Shown in pieces: positions 18,194-27,516 of a stretch of DNA of 64,000 nucleotides. The stretch comes from Gemmatimonadota bacterium (GTDB lineage: Bacteria > Gemmatimonadota > Gemmatimonadetes > Palauibacterales > KS3-K002): assembly GCA_039586795.1 (NCBI GenBank), contig JBDHJS010000006.1:1-64000 (forward strand), read 5' to 3'. The notes below the pieces were generated by a model. It searched no databases, had not been told where the DNA came from, and worked only from the letters and a program-made list of their open reading frames with translations. The number at the start of each line of letters is the position of its first letter. The stretch's first letter is position 1. The position numbers were made by a program, and so were the translations under genes.

Positions 18194-18217
18194 GCGGGTT
18201 TTTCAGGAGGTATTCAG

Positions 18218-18778
18218 ATGTCTGAGGTGCTCACGACGATCGAACGTCGCATCTACAACTACCTCGTCGACTACTTGAAGCGCGAGACCTACCAGCCGAG
18301 CATTCGGGAGATCGGCTCACGCTTCGGGATCAGGTCCACGAAGACCGTTACAGAGCACCTCCAGTCGCTACAGCGCAAAGGCTACCTGGACCGAACCGCT
18401 TCCCGTTCTCGGGCCCTGAGGATTTTGGGCCTCGATCTTTCGCCAGATACCGTAACGATCCCGCTTTACGGTAATGGAGTTCACGAATCCGTCGACGACA
18501 TCGAGGCTCGGTTCGATCTCGATCGGTCTCTGGCCGGCTCCGCCGATTGCTTCATGGTTCGTGCGTTGGGTGCTGGTCTCCTGGAGCACGGCATCCTGGA
18601 AGGCGATATGCTGGTCGTCGAGCCGTGCGAGACGGTGGAAGAGGGAGAGCTAGCGGCGTACGAGAAGGGTAGTGAAGTGGAGTTGGTCGTCGCCCCGCAG
18701 GAGGGCTTGAACGGGACACCGACGCCACGCTTCCTGGGTGTGGTACGCGCGGTGTTGCGCACCTTACCGAGAGACTAG
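18218..18778 (+). CDS. LexA-like repressor with degenerate S24 peptidase domain
   Basis: CAGGAGG RBS; LexA wHTH (PSIREIG..FGIRS..TV.EHL..L.RKGYL.R...RSRAL); lacks Ala-Gly site, catalytic Ser and Lys. Confidence 0.8.
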   Translation: MSEVLTTIERRIYNYLVDYLKRETYQPSIREIGSRFGIRSTKTVTEHLQSLQRKGYLDRTASRSRALRILGLDLSPDTVTIPLYGNGVHESVDDIEARFDLDRSLAGSADCFMVRALGAGLLEHGILEGDMLVVEPCETVEEGELAAYEKGSEVELVVAPQEGLNGTPTPRFLGVVRAVLRTLPRD

Positions 18779-18823
18779 GTCACACGCACATAGAAGTCGG
18801 TTCACGACGGGCGATGAGGCGCA

Positions 18824-19276
18824 ATGACTGCGGATGACGCTCGCTGGATGAGTATAGCCGTCGAGGAAGCTCGCGCGGCTGCGAGCAACGATGAGGTCCC
18901 AGTGGGCGCGGTCGTGATCTGCGACGATCAGCTGCTGGCTCGTGAGCATAACCGAACCCGGGAGCTCGGCGATCCGACGGCGCACGCCGAACTGCTGGCG
19001 CTGAGGAAAGCCGCCGCGGAGATCGGCGACTGGCGGCTGACCGATTGCACGCTTTACGTGACGTTGGAGCCGTGCGCGATGTGCGCCGGCGCCATCGTGC
19101 TATCGCGAATCCAGCGGCTGGTTTACGCCACTCCCGACCCCAAGGCCGGGATGTGCGGCAGTCTGGGCAATCTCGTTCAGGACGAGCGGCTCAACCACCG
19201 CGTACCGATAGAGAGCGGACCGCTGGCGGACGAAGCGGCGGGGCTGCTTCGCGACTTCTTCCGGGAACGGCGCTGA
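18824..19276 (+). CDS. tadA: tRNA adenosine(34) deaminase
   Basis: EVPVGAV, PTAHAE, LYVTLEPCAMCAGA, DPKAG, FFRERR. Confidence 0.93.
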   Translation: MTADDARWMSIAVEEARAAASNDEVPVGAVVICDDQLLAREHNRTRELGDPTAHAELLALRKAAAEIGDWRLTDCTLYVTLEPCAMCAGAIVLSRIQRLVYATPDPKAGMCGSLGNLVQDERLNHRVPIESGPLADEAAGLLRDFFRERR

Positions 19277-19278
19277 CG

Positions 19279-20226
19279 ATGGCGGCTTCGAAGCACCGGG
19301 TCCTGGTCGCCGAGGAAGTGCGGGCGTTCGTCGATTCCGTAGAGGTGCCATCCGATGTGGAGATCGAGTGGGTCGCTGTGATCGATCCGCTGCCGGATGG
19401 CGACTATGTCGGGCTCCTACCTCTGCTATCGCGCAAGATCGATGCGTCGGTCCTTGATGGACTCCCTGATCTGAAGGTCGTCGCCAACTATGCCGTCGGC
19501 TACGACAACATCGACGTGCCGTCGTTGCGCGCTCGAGGAGTAGAGGTCTCCAACACTCCCGATGTGCTGACCGAGGCCACGGCGGATCTCACCTGGGCGC
19601 TCATCCTGGCCGCGAGTCGCCGGCTGATCGAAGCGGAGGCCGTCGCGCGCCACGGCGGGTGGGAATGGGGGCCGACGCTTCTGCTCGGCATGCAGCTGAC
19701 CGGGAAGACGCTTGGCCTTCTCGGCGCGGGTCGCATCGGTCAGGCGGTCGGTCGACGCGCCGTGCCGTTCGGGATGCAGGTGGTCTACTGGGACATGCGG
19801 GCGCGATCGGAGTTCGAAGCCGAAACCGGGGCACAGCGGATCTCATCGCTGGACCAACTGCTCGGAGCCGCGGACATCGTATCGGTTCACGTGAAGCTCA
19901 GCGAAGAGACGGCGGGGCTGCTCAACAGCGAGCGGATCGCGCGGATGAAGCGGGGCGCGATTCTCATCAATACGGCTCGGGGCGGTATCGTCGACGAGGA
20001 CGCGCTGTGCAAGGCGCTGGAGACGCGGGCGCTGCGGGGAGCCGGGCTCGATGTTTACGAGTGGGAGCCGGAGATCCGGGAGTGTTTGAAGCGGCTGCCG
20101 AACGTTGTTCTCTTGCCGCATATCGGAAGTGCCACGGAGGAAACGCGGACCCGGATGTTCCAGCTTGCCTGGAAGAATCTCATGTTTGGGATTCGGGGGG
20201 AGCCGCTGGTCACGCCTGTGGGTTAG
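19279..20226 (+). CDS. D-2-hydroxyacid dehydrogenase (glyoxylate/D-glycerate type)
   Basis: AVGYDNID, NTPDVLTEATAD, GAGRIG, INTARG, LDVYE.EP, PHIGSAT. Confidence 0.92.
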   Translation: MAASKHRVLVAEEVRAFVDSVEVPSDVEIEWVAVIDPLPDGDYVGLLPLLSRKIDASVLDGLPDLKVVANYAVGYDNIDVPSLRARGVEVSNTPDVLTEATADLTWALILAASRRLIEAEAVARHGGWEWGPTLLLGMQLTGKTLGLLGAGRIGQAVGRRAVPFGMQVVYWDMRARSEFEAETGAQRISSLDQLLGAADIVSVHVKLSEETAGLLNSERIARMKRGAILINTARGGIVDEDALCKALETRALRGAGLDVYEWEPEIRECLKRLPNVVLLPHIGSATEETRTRMFQLAWKNLMFGIRGEPLVTPVG

Positions 20227-20380
20227 TTCGGCGGTCGACGTTCATCGTTCGACGGAACGCCGGGCTGCGGCCGGACTATTTCAACAGCGGACAGCCGACA
20301 GCCGGCGCTCGACGGCCGAGTCCTGTTGGGCGATCGACGCCCGACGTCCGATGTCCGATGTTCGTCGTCCGACTCGCCGA
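20225..20380. repeat. CGA-rich heptamer-period intergenic element, family C copy 1
   Basis: ggactatttcaacagcggacagccgacagcc...cgacgtc cgatgtc cgatgtt; matches reverse complement of 35493-35559. Confidence 0.7.
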
Positions 20381-20513
20381 ATGATCTGAGTCGGGATTCC
20401 CTCATGCATCCATTCTAGCGCTCCTTCCGTCTAAGAAACGAAACCCAAGTGCCCTGACCGGCCGTACTGATTCCTGAGCAGGGGGATCTCTGAAAGGCTA
20501 TGGAGGATCTTAT

Positions 20514-22343
20514 ATGACGACGCAACGTATGCGTTCGACGTGGATCGTTGCGGGCCTATTCTGTTTGCTGCCGATGGCTGCACAGGCACAGACGGGATTA
20601 CGCTCCGCGCCCATCACTGACGTGCAGTACGACGTGACCTATAACGAGAGCACAGCGGCTTTCAGGGTGATTGCCGTCGAGATGTCGTTCCGGACGTCCG
20701 GGTCCAGTCCGGTGATCCTGTCGCTGCCGGCGTGGACGCCGGGCTCGTACGAGCTGGATAACTATGCCCGAAACGTGCGGAACTTTTCGGCCAGCGCTGC
20801 CGACGACGAGCTGCGCTGGGAGAAAGTCGACTACGATACCTGGCGCATCTATCCCGCCGGTCAGCGCCAGCTGACGCTCAACTTCGATTATCGGGCGGAC
20901 AACCTCGATACCGGGAATTCGTGGTCGACGCCGGACTTCACGTTCTTCAACGGGACCAACCTGTTCCTCTACCCGGAAGGGCAGAGTCTCGGGTTCGAGA
21001 GTCAGGTTCGCATCCACACGGAACCCGACTGGCTGATCGCCACCGGCCTGACCCCGGGCGGCGAGCCGGGGCAGTACGTGGCGGCGGACTTCCACGAGCT
21101 GGTGGACATGCCGACCTTCGTCGGTCGCTTCGATATCGACAGCATGGTGGTCGATGGCGTCCTGCACCGACTGGCCACGTATCCCGAGGGTCTGATCGCC
21201 GGCGAGACGCGTGAGGAGATCTGGGGCCAGATTCAGGGGATGATGCCGCCGATGGCCGCCATGTTCGGTGAGTACCCGTTCGAGACCTACACGACACTCA
21301 TGACGTTCCCCGACGATTTCGGCGGCGCGTCGGCACTCGAGCACCGCAACTCGCACCTTGGCATCTACATGGCCGCCGGTCTTGGCCAGCCCTTCATGAT
21401 GCCAATGCTCGGATCTGTGACATCGCACGAGATCTTTCACGCCTGGAACGTGAAGCGGCTTCGCCCGATTGAGATCACCCCGTACGACTACGGCCGTACC
21501 CAGCCGACCACTCTGCTTTGGGTCTCGGAAGGGATCACCAGCTACTACGACGACCTGCTGCTCGTGCGCGGCGGCGTCATCGACCGGGAGGCCTTCTACA
21601 ACGGCACCGTGGGGCAGATCAACACGGTGAGGAACGTCCCGGCAGTTGCCTTGGAAGATGCATCGCTGAGCACGTGGATCGGGCCGACCGATGGGACGAG
21701 CGGCATCTACTACCCGAAAGGCGCGCTGGCCGGCTTCATGCTGGACATCCTGATCCGTGACGCGACGGACAACCAGTCGTCGCTGGACGATGTGATGCGC
21801 GGGCTCTACTGGACGACCTACAAAGAGAATTTCACCGGCTTCTCCGAGGAGGCCTGGTGGAGCGCCGTCAGCCGGGCGGCGGAAGGGAAGTCGTTCGACG
21901 ACTTCTGGGCCCGTTACGTCGACGGCCGTGAGCTCTATCCGTGGGAGGAAGTGCTGCCATTGGCGGGTCTCATCTTCACCGAGGACACGACGCGGCGTCC
22001 GCTCATCGGCATCTTCCCGGCCCCCGACAGTACGGGCGTGCGGATCGCCGGCCTCTCCGACGGCGGGGCCGCCGCCGAGGCTGGGGTGCGGGAAGGCGAT
22101 TACCTGCTCCGGGTCGGTCCCGTCGAGATCACCGACAACGACAGCTTCGACGCGTTCCGTGAGCACTTCTCACAGTTGCCCGTCGGAACGATGTACGACG
22201 TCGTGGTGCGGCGCGGCGATCAAACGCTGACGCTGCAAACGGAGTTGCGATTGGCGGAAGAGGTGGAGCGCCGGATAAGCGAAGACCCGAACGCCGGGCC
22301 GAAGGCGCTGCGGATTAGGGAGAGCCTGTTGACGGGTAAATGA
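20514..22343 (+). CDS. M61 family (glycyl) aminopeptidase with PDZ domain, secreted
   Basis: LPAWTPGSY, ALEH, HEIFHAWN.KR, LWVSEG.T.YY, IYYPKG, C-terminal PDZ. Confidence 0.92.
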   Translation: MTTQRMRSTWIVAGLFCLLPMAAQAQTGLRSAPITDVQYDVTYNESTAAFRVIAVEMSFRTSGSSPVILSLPAWTPGSYELDNYARNVRNFSASAADDELRWEKVDYDTWRIYPAGQRQLTLNFDYRADNLDTGNSWSTPDFTFFNGTNLFLYPEGQSLGFESQVRIHTEPDWLIATGLTPGGEPGQYVAADFHELVDMPTFVGRFDIDSMVVDGVLHRLATYPEGLIAGETREEIWGQIQGMMPPMAAMFGEYPFETYTTLMTFPDDFGGASALEHRNSHLGIYMAAGLGQPFMMPMLGSVTSHEIFHAWNVKRLRPIEITPYDYGRTQPTTLLWVSEGITSYYDDLLLVRGGVIDREAFYNGTVGQINTVRNVPAVALEDASLSTWIGPTDGTSGIYYPKGALAGFMLDILIRDATDNQSSLDDVMRGLYWTTYKENFTGFSEEAWWSAVSRAAEGKSFDDFWARYVDGRELYPWEEVLPLAGLIFTEDTTRRPLIGIFPAPDSTGVRIAGLSDGGAAAEAGVREGDYLLRVGPVEITDNDSFDAFREHFSQLPVGTMYDVVVRRGDQTLTLQTELRLAEEVERRISEDPNAGPKALRIRESLLTGK

Positions 22344-22375
22344 TTCGAAGATCCAACACGAACTTCCCCGATGCA

Positions 22376-22408
22376 AAACGCCCCTGGAACCGGGTCCCAG
22401 GGGCGTTT
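22376..22408. terminator. Bidirectional intrinsic terminator
   Basis: aaacgcccctgg...ccaggggcgttt between convergent genes. Confidence 0.7.
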
Positions 22409-22421
22409 CAGCTACTGCTGT

Positions 22422-23615
22422 CTAGCACTTGTTGACATTGCAGCCATGTGGCTGATCGTAGTGGAACTGCAGGTTGCCGTGGTCCAGCACGTCGAGCGGC
22501 ACGATCAGGATCGGATCATCGGTGCTCGGGTCGGCCCCGACATCCCAAATCACGATGCCGCCCATGTCATTCTTGCCGCCGGGCTCGCCCGCGTCCTTCA
22601 AGATGAAGATGATCGGTGCGCCGTCGACGCCGTTGAGCTTACCGACGGTTCTGCCCTCGAACGTGTCGAACGGGGCCGGCGGTGGCTCGGGATTGATGTT
22701 CGGATCGTCCGTGCAAATTGGGTAGCCGGCCTCGAAGAACTCCTTCTCGATATGCCACTTATTGCCCGGCCAGTTGATCTCCAGGTTGTTGGAGAGCTCG
22801 ATGTCGCAGTGGAGCGTGAAGCCGTGCGTGACCCGCACGTCGTCACCGTTGTCAGCGGTCATTCCGATCCAACCACCGCCGCCAGTGATACGGCCGAGGC
22901 CGGGCTCATCAGCCTCGCGGCAGATCTCTATGTTATCGATGCCGCCGGATCCTTTCAGCAAGAACGTGGCATCAAGCGTGATGGGTTGCAGACGGGTCTG
23001 CACGATCTCCACGGAGCCGTTGCCCTGACCTGACGAGGCCCCGACCTGCGAGCCGTCGATCTCCAGGCTGATCGTCTGGTCGCCGTCATCGTCCGCCGCC
23101 ACATAGCTGGGGATCGTCCACGTGTAGTCGCTGCCGAACCCGGTCAGCGTGATGCTGCCGCCGCTCGTGTTGTCGCCACCCGTGCAGAAGTTGCCGCTCG
23201 GGACGTTGAGGAGGATGCCATCACAATCGGCGCAAAAGCCCGTTAGTCCGGCCTGAAGACCCGTCGACGCGGGTATCTGGGTGTCTTCATGCTCGTCGTC
23301 CAGCGCGTTCCCGCACCCGCCCGCACCGACGCTGTAATCCGTGTCGTAGGCTTTTGCGGCGACGTCCACGCCGCTGTTGTATTCCGCGGTCACGTTCAGC
23401 GTCACCGGCGTGCTGGTGCTGCCGAATAGTTCCAGGCTGGTCACGTCGTCGTTGTGTGTGAAATCGTTCAGGTCGACGATGTCACATTGCTGGATCGTGG
23501 TGTTTTGCTGGATGTTGAAGCCCTTTGGCCCCACCATCCGCTCTTCACCCGAGCAGCTCATGAATGCTCCGATGCCCAGGGCTAACCCAAGACACATCAA
23601 CAGTCTGCTGCGCAT
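22422..23615 (-). CDS. Secreted/lipoprotein of unknown function, acidic and Cys-rich
   Basis: AAGGAGG RBS; signal ending FMSC; C-terminal domain GRITGGG...HGFTLHCD...NNLEINW. Confidence 0.75.
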   Translation of the reverse strand: MRSRLLMCLGLALGIGAFMSCSGEERMVGPKGFNIQQNTTIQQCDIVDLNDFTHNDDVTSLELFGSTSTPVTLNVTAEYNSGVDVAAKAYDTDYSVGAGGCGNALDDEHEDTQIPASTGLQAGLTGFCADCDGILLNVPSGNFCTGGDNTSGGSITLTGFGSDYTWTIPSYVAADDDGDQTISLEIDGSQVGASSGQGNGSVEIVQTRLQPITLDATFLLKGSGGIDNIEICREADEPGLGRITGGGGWIGMTADNGDDVRVTHGFTLHCDIELSNNLEINWPGNKWHIEKEFFEAGYPICTDDPNINPEPPPAPFDTFEGRTVGKLNGVDGAPIIFILKDAGEPGGKNDMGGIVIWDVGADPSTDDPILIVPLDVLDHGNLQFHYDQPHGCNVNKC

Positions 23616-23737
23616 GGCTGCACCTCCTTGCCGTTGAAAGGTGTCCTGCATTGCGCGCTTGACCGCAGCGCTCGCTGAGTGATGCTAGCGATAGGTTATT
23701 CTGGTTAGAGATGAAATCGGTCCGCCGTTATGGAAGG

Positions 23738-23753
23738 GCAAAAGGCGTTCCAG
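23738..23753 (-). promoter_or_regulatory. Putative sigma54 (-24/-12) promoter
   Basis: Minus strand CTGGAACGCCTTTTGC (GG-N10-GC) about 120 nt upstream of 23615. Confidence 0.5.
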
Positions 23754-23891
23754 CCGCGGGCTCACCTTGCGATGCTGTAAGTCGAAAAAGCGGAAGACCG
23801 TCGCCGATCAGTATGATCGATGTTACTGCGGCACTCGTTCAACGTCTGTTGCAGCGGCACGACCTGTACGCAAATCAGACAGTCGTGATTA

Positions 23892-25838
23892 TTACGTCAA
23901 CGCTACGTCGCGCGCGCCGAAGAAGTGCAGGAAAGCAAACAAGATCCCAATCCCCAGTACATACGAGAGGAACCACGGCATGCCATACGCCGTGGCGATG
24001 TCGCCGATTAGCATTCCGACGACTGCCACGACGAGTGCGTACGGCAGCTGTGTGCGAACGTGATCTACGTGATCGGATGCCGATGCCATCGAGCTCAACA
24101 CAGTGGTATCCGAGATCGGCGAGCAGTGATCGCCGAAGATTGCGCCGGCCAGCACCGAGCTGATCGTTCCCAGCATCAGAGGCTGAAACGCGCCTACCGC
24201 CATCCCTTCGCTCGCCCCCAGCGTCGCCGCCAGCGGGATGACCAGAGGGATCAAGATCGCCATCGTCGCCCACGACGTGCCCGTTGCGAACGCGATGGCG
24301 GCGGCCGCCGCGAACACCGAGACCGGGAGCATGCGGAGCGGGAAGCCGGCCGTTTCCAGTATGTGGCTTACGTACTGGGCGGTCCCCACCGCCTCCGTCG
24401 CCGCGCCCAACGACCAGGCCAACACCAGGATGACGACGGCGAGCATCATCGCACGCATGCCGCCGGCCCATGCTTCCGTCGCTTCCTGTAGCTTCAGGAT
24501 GCGCTGGCTGGTCGCCAACACGAAGGCGACCAGCACGCCGCAAAGAGAACCCCAAAGCAGCGCGTTAAACGAGTTGGCTTCGCCGAGGATCTCGGTCAGG
24601 CTTCCCGGGCGACCCAGCGCCGAGCGCCCATCGATGTAGAGACCGAGTAGCACGACGATGACGACGGTGGCGACGGGGATCGCCGCGTTGAACCACTTCC
24701 GCGGCTTGCCCTCCTTGGGCGCCATCAATTCGGCGCTTGTGTCCACCATCAACATGGCGCCATCCCGGTACAGCCCATCGCCACGCGACGCCCGCTGCTC
24801 GGCTTTCAGCATCGGACCGAAATCGCGTCCGGTCCACGCCACCAGGAAGACCATGCAAAGCGCCAGGATGGGGTAGAACAAATACGGAATGCTGCCGATG
24901 AACGTGGCGAAGGGACTGGCCGAGCCGAGCGTCGTACCCAACGCGGTGCCCGCTCCCACCTGTTCGGCGGCCGCACCCAGCCCATCTCCAATCAACGAGA
25001 TCTGATAGCCTGCCCACGTCGAGACAAAGACGATCGCCGCAACCGGCGCTGCCGTCGAGTCGACCAGATAGGAGAGCTTCTCCCGGGAGATGTTCAACCG
25101 GTCGGTGATCGGGCGCAGCGTGTTGCCGACGATCAGGGTGTTCGCGTAGTCGTCGAAAAAGATGAGCAGGCCGGCCAGGAAGGTGGAGAGCTGGCCCCGT
25201 CTACGGTTGGTGGCCAGCGGCGCGACCGCTTCCACTATGCCGTGCGTCCCGCCGCTTCGGCCCATCAGACCGACCATGCCGCCCAGCAGAAGACTGAAGA
25301 TGACGATCGACGCATGGTCGCCGTCGGCCAGCGACGGCATGATGAACGTGTCGATGGTGCGGAACAGCGCGGCGAACGGATTGAGGCCGGCGACGAAGAA
25401 CGCGCCCAGCCAGACACCAGCGAACAGCGATACGACGACTTCTTTGAAGATGAGCGCCAGGGCGATCGCGACGAGGGGTGGCAGGATGCTGAACCAGCCG
25501 GGCAACGTGATGACAGAGAAGTGGCCGGCCCGGCCCGCTACCTCCAGGCGGAGCGGCAGGTCGGAGCCGCGGTCGATCCTGATCCCTTCGATCTCGACTT
25601 CGATGCCGGGCTCGACCATCCCGCTGCCCACCAGCTCGCCGTCCCGTACACGCACCAGCCGCCATTCGACCAGGTCAAACGCGCTTTCGGGAGCGGTGAA
25701 CCCGAGGGTGAACGGGACCCTGGTGAGCACAGCCTTGGGTCCGTGCAATTCGAGGGTCACTTCATCCTGGGCCAGCGCCCACGTCGGGGCGGCCAGCACG
25801 GACATGGTGAACAGCGAGATCAGGATAGTCTTTCGCAT
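23892..25838 (-). CDS. NhaC family Na+/H+ antiporter-like transporter with N-terminal extracytoplasmic domain
   Basis: IFFDDYAN, LVDSTAAP, TGTSW, FGDHCSPISDTT, HVRTQLPYA. Confidence 0.9.
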   Translation of the reverse strand: MRKTILISLFTMSVLAAPTWALAQDEVTLELHGPKAVLTRVPFTLGFTAPESAFDLVEWRLVRVRDGELVGSGMVEPGIEVEIEGIRIDRGSDLPLRLEVAGRAGHFSVITLPGWFSILPPLVAIALALIFKEVVVSLFAGVWLGAFFVAGLNPFAALFRTIDTFIMPSLADGDHASIVIFSLLLGGMVGLMGRSGGTHGIVEAVAPLATNRRRGQLSTFLAGLLIFFDDYANTLIVGNTLRPITDRLNISREKLSYLVDSTAAPVAAIVFVSTWAGYQISLIGDGLGAAAEQVGAGTALGTTLGSASPFATFIGSIPYLFYPILALCMVFLVAWTGRDFGPMLKAEQRASRGDGLYRDGAMLMVDTSAELMAPKEGKPRKWFNAAIPVATVVIVVLLGLYIDGRSALGRPGSLTEILGEANSFNALLWGSLCGVLVAFVLATSQRILKLQEATEAWAGGMRAMMLAVVILVLAWSLGAATEAVGTAQYVSHILETAGFPLRMLPVSVFAAAAAIAFATGTSWATMAILIPLVIPLAATLGASEGMAVGAFQPLMLGTISSVLAGAIFGDHCSPISDTTVLSSMASASDHVDHVRTQLPYALVVAVVGMLIGDIATAYGMPWFLSYVLGIGILFAFLHFFGARDVALT

Positions 25839-25937
25839 ATGATGGGTTCCGGTCTGAAGGGCCGGTGGATCATAGGGAAGGGCGCTACGACTGTCAAAGA
25901 CGGGTCGCTTCCGAGGGGGGCGGCGGCCTCTAACACG

Positions 25938-25966
25938 TTGACACTAAAGCGCGTTAACTCTATACT
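25938..25966 (+). promoter_or_regulatory. sigma70 promoter of pyr operon
   Basis: TTGACA-N17-TATACT. Confidence 0.75.
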
Positions 25967-26005
25967 CGCGTCAGCCCTCCCCGGTGTGGGGCGGTAGGGG
26001 GAAAA

Positions 26006-26554
26006 TTGCATACGGAACACGATTCGGTCGTCATGGATGAGCGAGCGGTGCGGCGCGCCCTGGCCCGTATGGCTCGCGAGATCGTAGAGCGCAACGACGG
26101 TACGGAAGGCCTCGTACTCGTCGGTATTCATCGACGTGGCGTCGACCTCGCCGAGTTGCTGCGCGAGGAGATCGAGAAGACAGAGGGAGGACCCGTTCCC
26201 AGCGGCTCCCTCGACATCACGTTGTACCGCGATGATCTAAGCGTCATCGGCCCACGGCCCGTCATTGGCTCCAGCGACATACCCGACATAGATGAGCGCG
26301 CTGTCGTCATAGTAGATGACGTCTGCTACACGGGACGCACGGCACGCGCTGCGATGGATCACCTGGCCGACTACGGACGCCCGGCGCGGATCTACCTCTG
26401 CTGCCTGGTCGACCGCGGCGGCCGTGAGCTGCCCATACAACCGGATTTCGTCGGTCGCCATTTCGACGTCACACCGGCCGAAGACGTCGCCGTGCACGTA
26501 CCGGAGGAAGACGGGCGACTTGAAGTCGAGCTACGCAGGACGGATCAGGAGTGA
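26006..26554 (+). CDS. pyrR: Bifunctional pyr regulator / uracil phosphoribosyltransferase
   Basis: [41 protein letters not shown]. Confidence 0.93.
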   Translation: MHTEHDSVVMDERAVRRALARMAREIVERNDGTEGLVLVGIHRRGVDLAELLREEIEKTEGGPVPSGSLDITLYRDDLSVIGPRPVIGSSDIPDIDERAVVIVDDVCYTGRTARAAMDHLADYGRPARIYLCCLVDRGGRELPIQPDFVGRHFDVTPAEDVAVHVPEEDGRLEVELRRTDQE

Positions 26555-27516
26555 GCACTACGATATCATTCGGCAAAGATCTCACAGGGCTCGAGCACCT
26601 GAGTGCCGAACAGATCAAGACCTTCCTCGATACGGCAGAGCCCTTCAAAGAGATCAGCGAGCGGCCCATCAAGAAAGTCCCCGTGCTTCGCGGGAAAACC
26701 ATCGTCAACCTGTTCTACGAGCCGTCCACCCGAACCAGAGTGTCGTTCGAGTTCGCCGAAAAGCGGCTGTCGGCGGATACGGTGAATATTTCGGCCTCCG
26801 GGTCGTCGGTGGTAAAGGGCGAGAACCTGGTCGACACGGCGCGTAATCTCGAGGCGATGCGGATCGACATGGTCGTCATGCGTCACCGCTCCTCAGGCGC
26901 CGCCCAGTTCCTTGCCGACCGCATCCCTTCCAACGTGATCAACGGCGGTGACGGTCAGCACGAGCACCCGACGCAGGCGTTGCTCGATATGCTGACCATC
27001 CGCGACCACAAGGGTCAAATAGAAGGGCTGAAGGTCTGCATCGTCGGCGACATCGTGCACTCGCGCGTCGCGCGTTCGAACATTTACGGTCTGACCAAGC
27101 TGGGCGCCGAGGTGGCCGTGTGCGGGCCGCCGACCCTCGTCCCGAAGGGGATCGAAGAGCTTGGCGTTCAGGTCTTCAAGCGGGTGGAAGAGGCCATCGA
27201 GTGGGCGGATGTCCTTAACGTGCTGCGTCTGCAGCTCGAGCGCATGAAGGCCGGCTACATTCCGTCGCTCCGCGAGTACAACCGCTTCTTCGGCATCTCC
27301 GCTGCGCGGCTCGAAAAGGCCCCGCGCGATATCCTCGTCCTCCACCCCGGCCCGATGAACCGGGGCGTCGAGATCGACTCGCACGTCGCCGACGGACCCC
27401 ACTCGGTAATCCTCCAGCAGGTGACCAACGGCGTCGCGGTACGCATGGCGGTGCTCTACCTGCTGGCCGGCGGTCAACCGGAGCGCGCCGAGGCGGCGAA
27501 GGGAGGGCGATCATGA
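26551..27516 (+). CDS. pyrB: Aspartate carbamoyltransferase catalytic subunit
   Basis: [28 protein letters not shown]. Confidence 0.97.
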   Translation: MSTTISFGKDLTGLEHLSAEQIKTFLDTAEPFKEISERPIKKVPVLRGKTIVNLFYEPSTRTRVSFEFAEKRLSADTVNISASGSSVVKGENLVDTARNLEAMRIDMVVMRHRSSGAAQFLADRIPSNVINGGDGQHEHPTQALLDMLTIRDHKGQIEGLKVCIVGDIVHSRVARSNIYGLTKLGAEVAVCGPPTLVPKGIEELGVQVFKRVEEAIEWADVLNVLRLQLERMKAGYIPSLREYNRFFGISAARLEKAPRDILVLHPGPMNRGVEIDSHVADGPHSVILQQVTNGVAVRMAVLYLLAGGQPERAEAAKGGRS

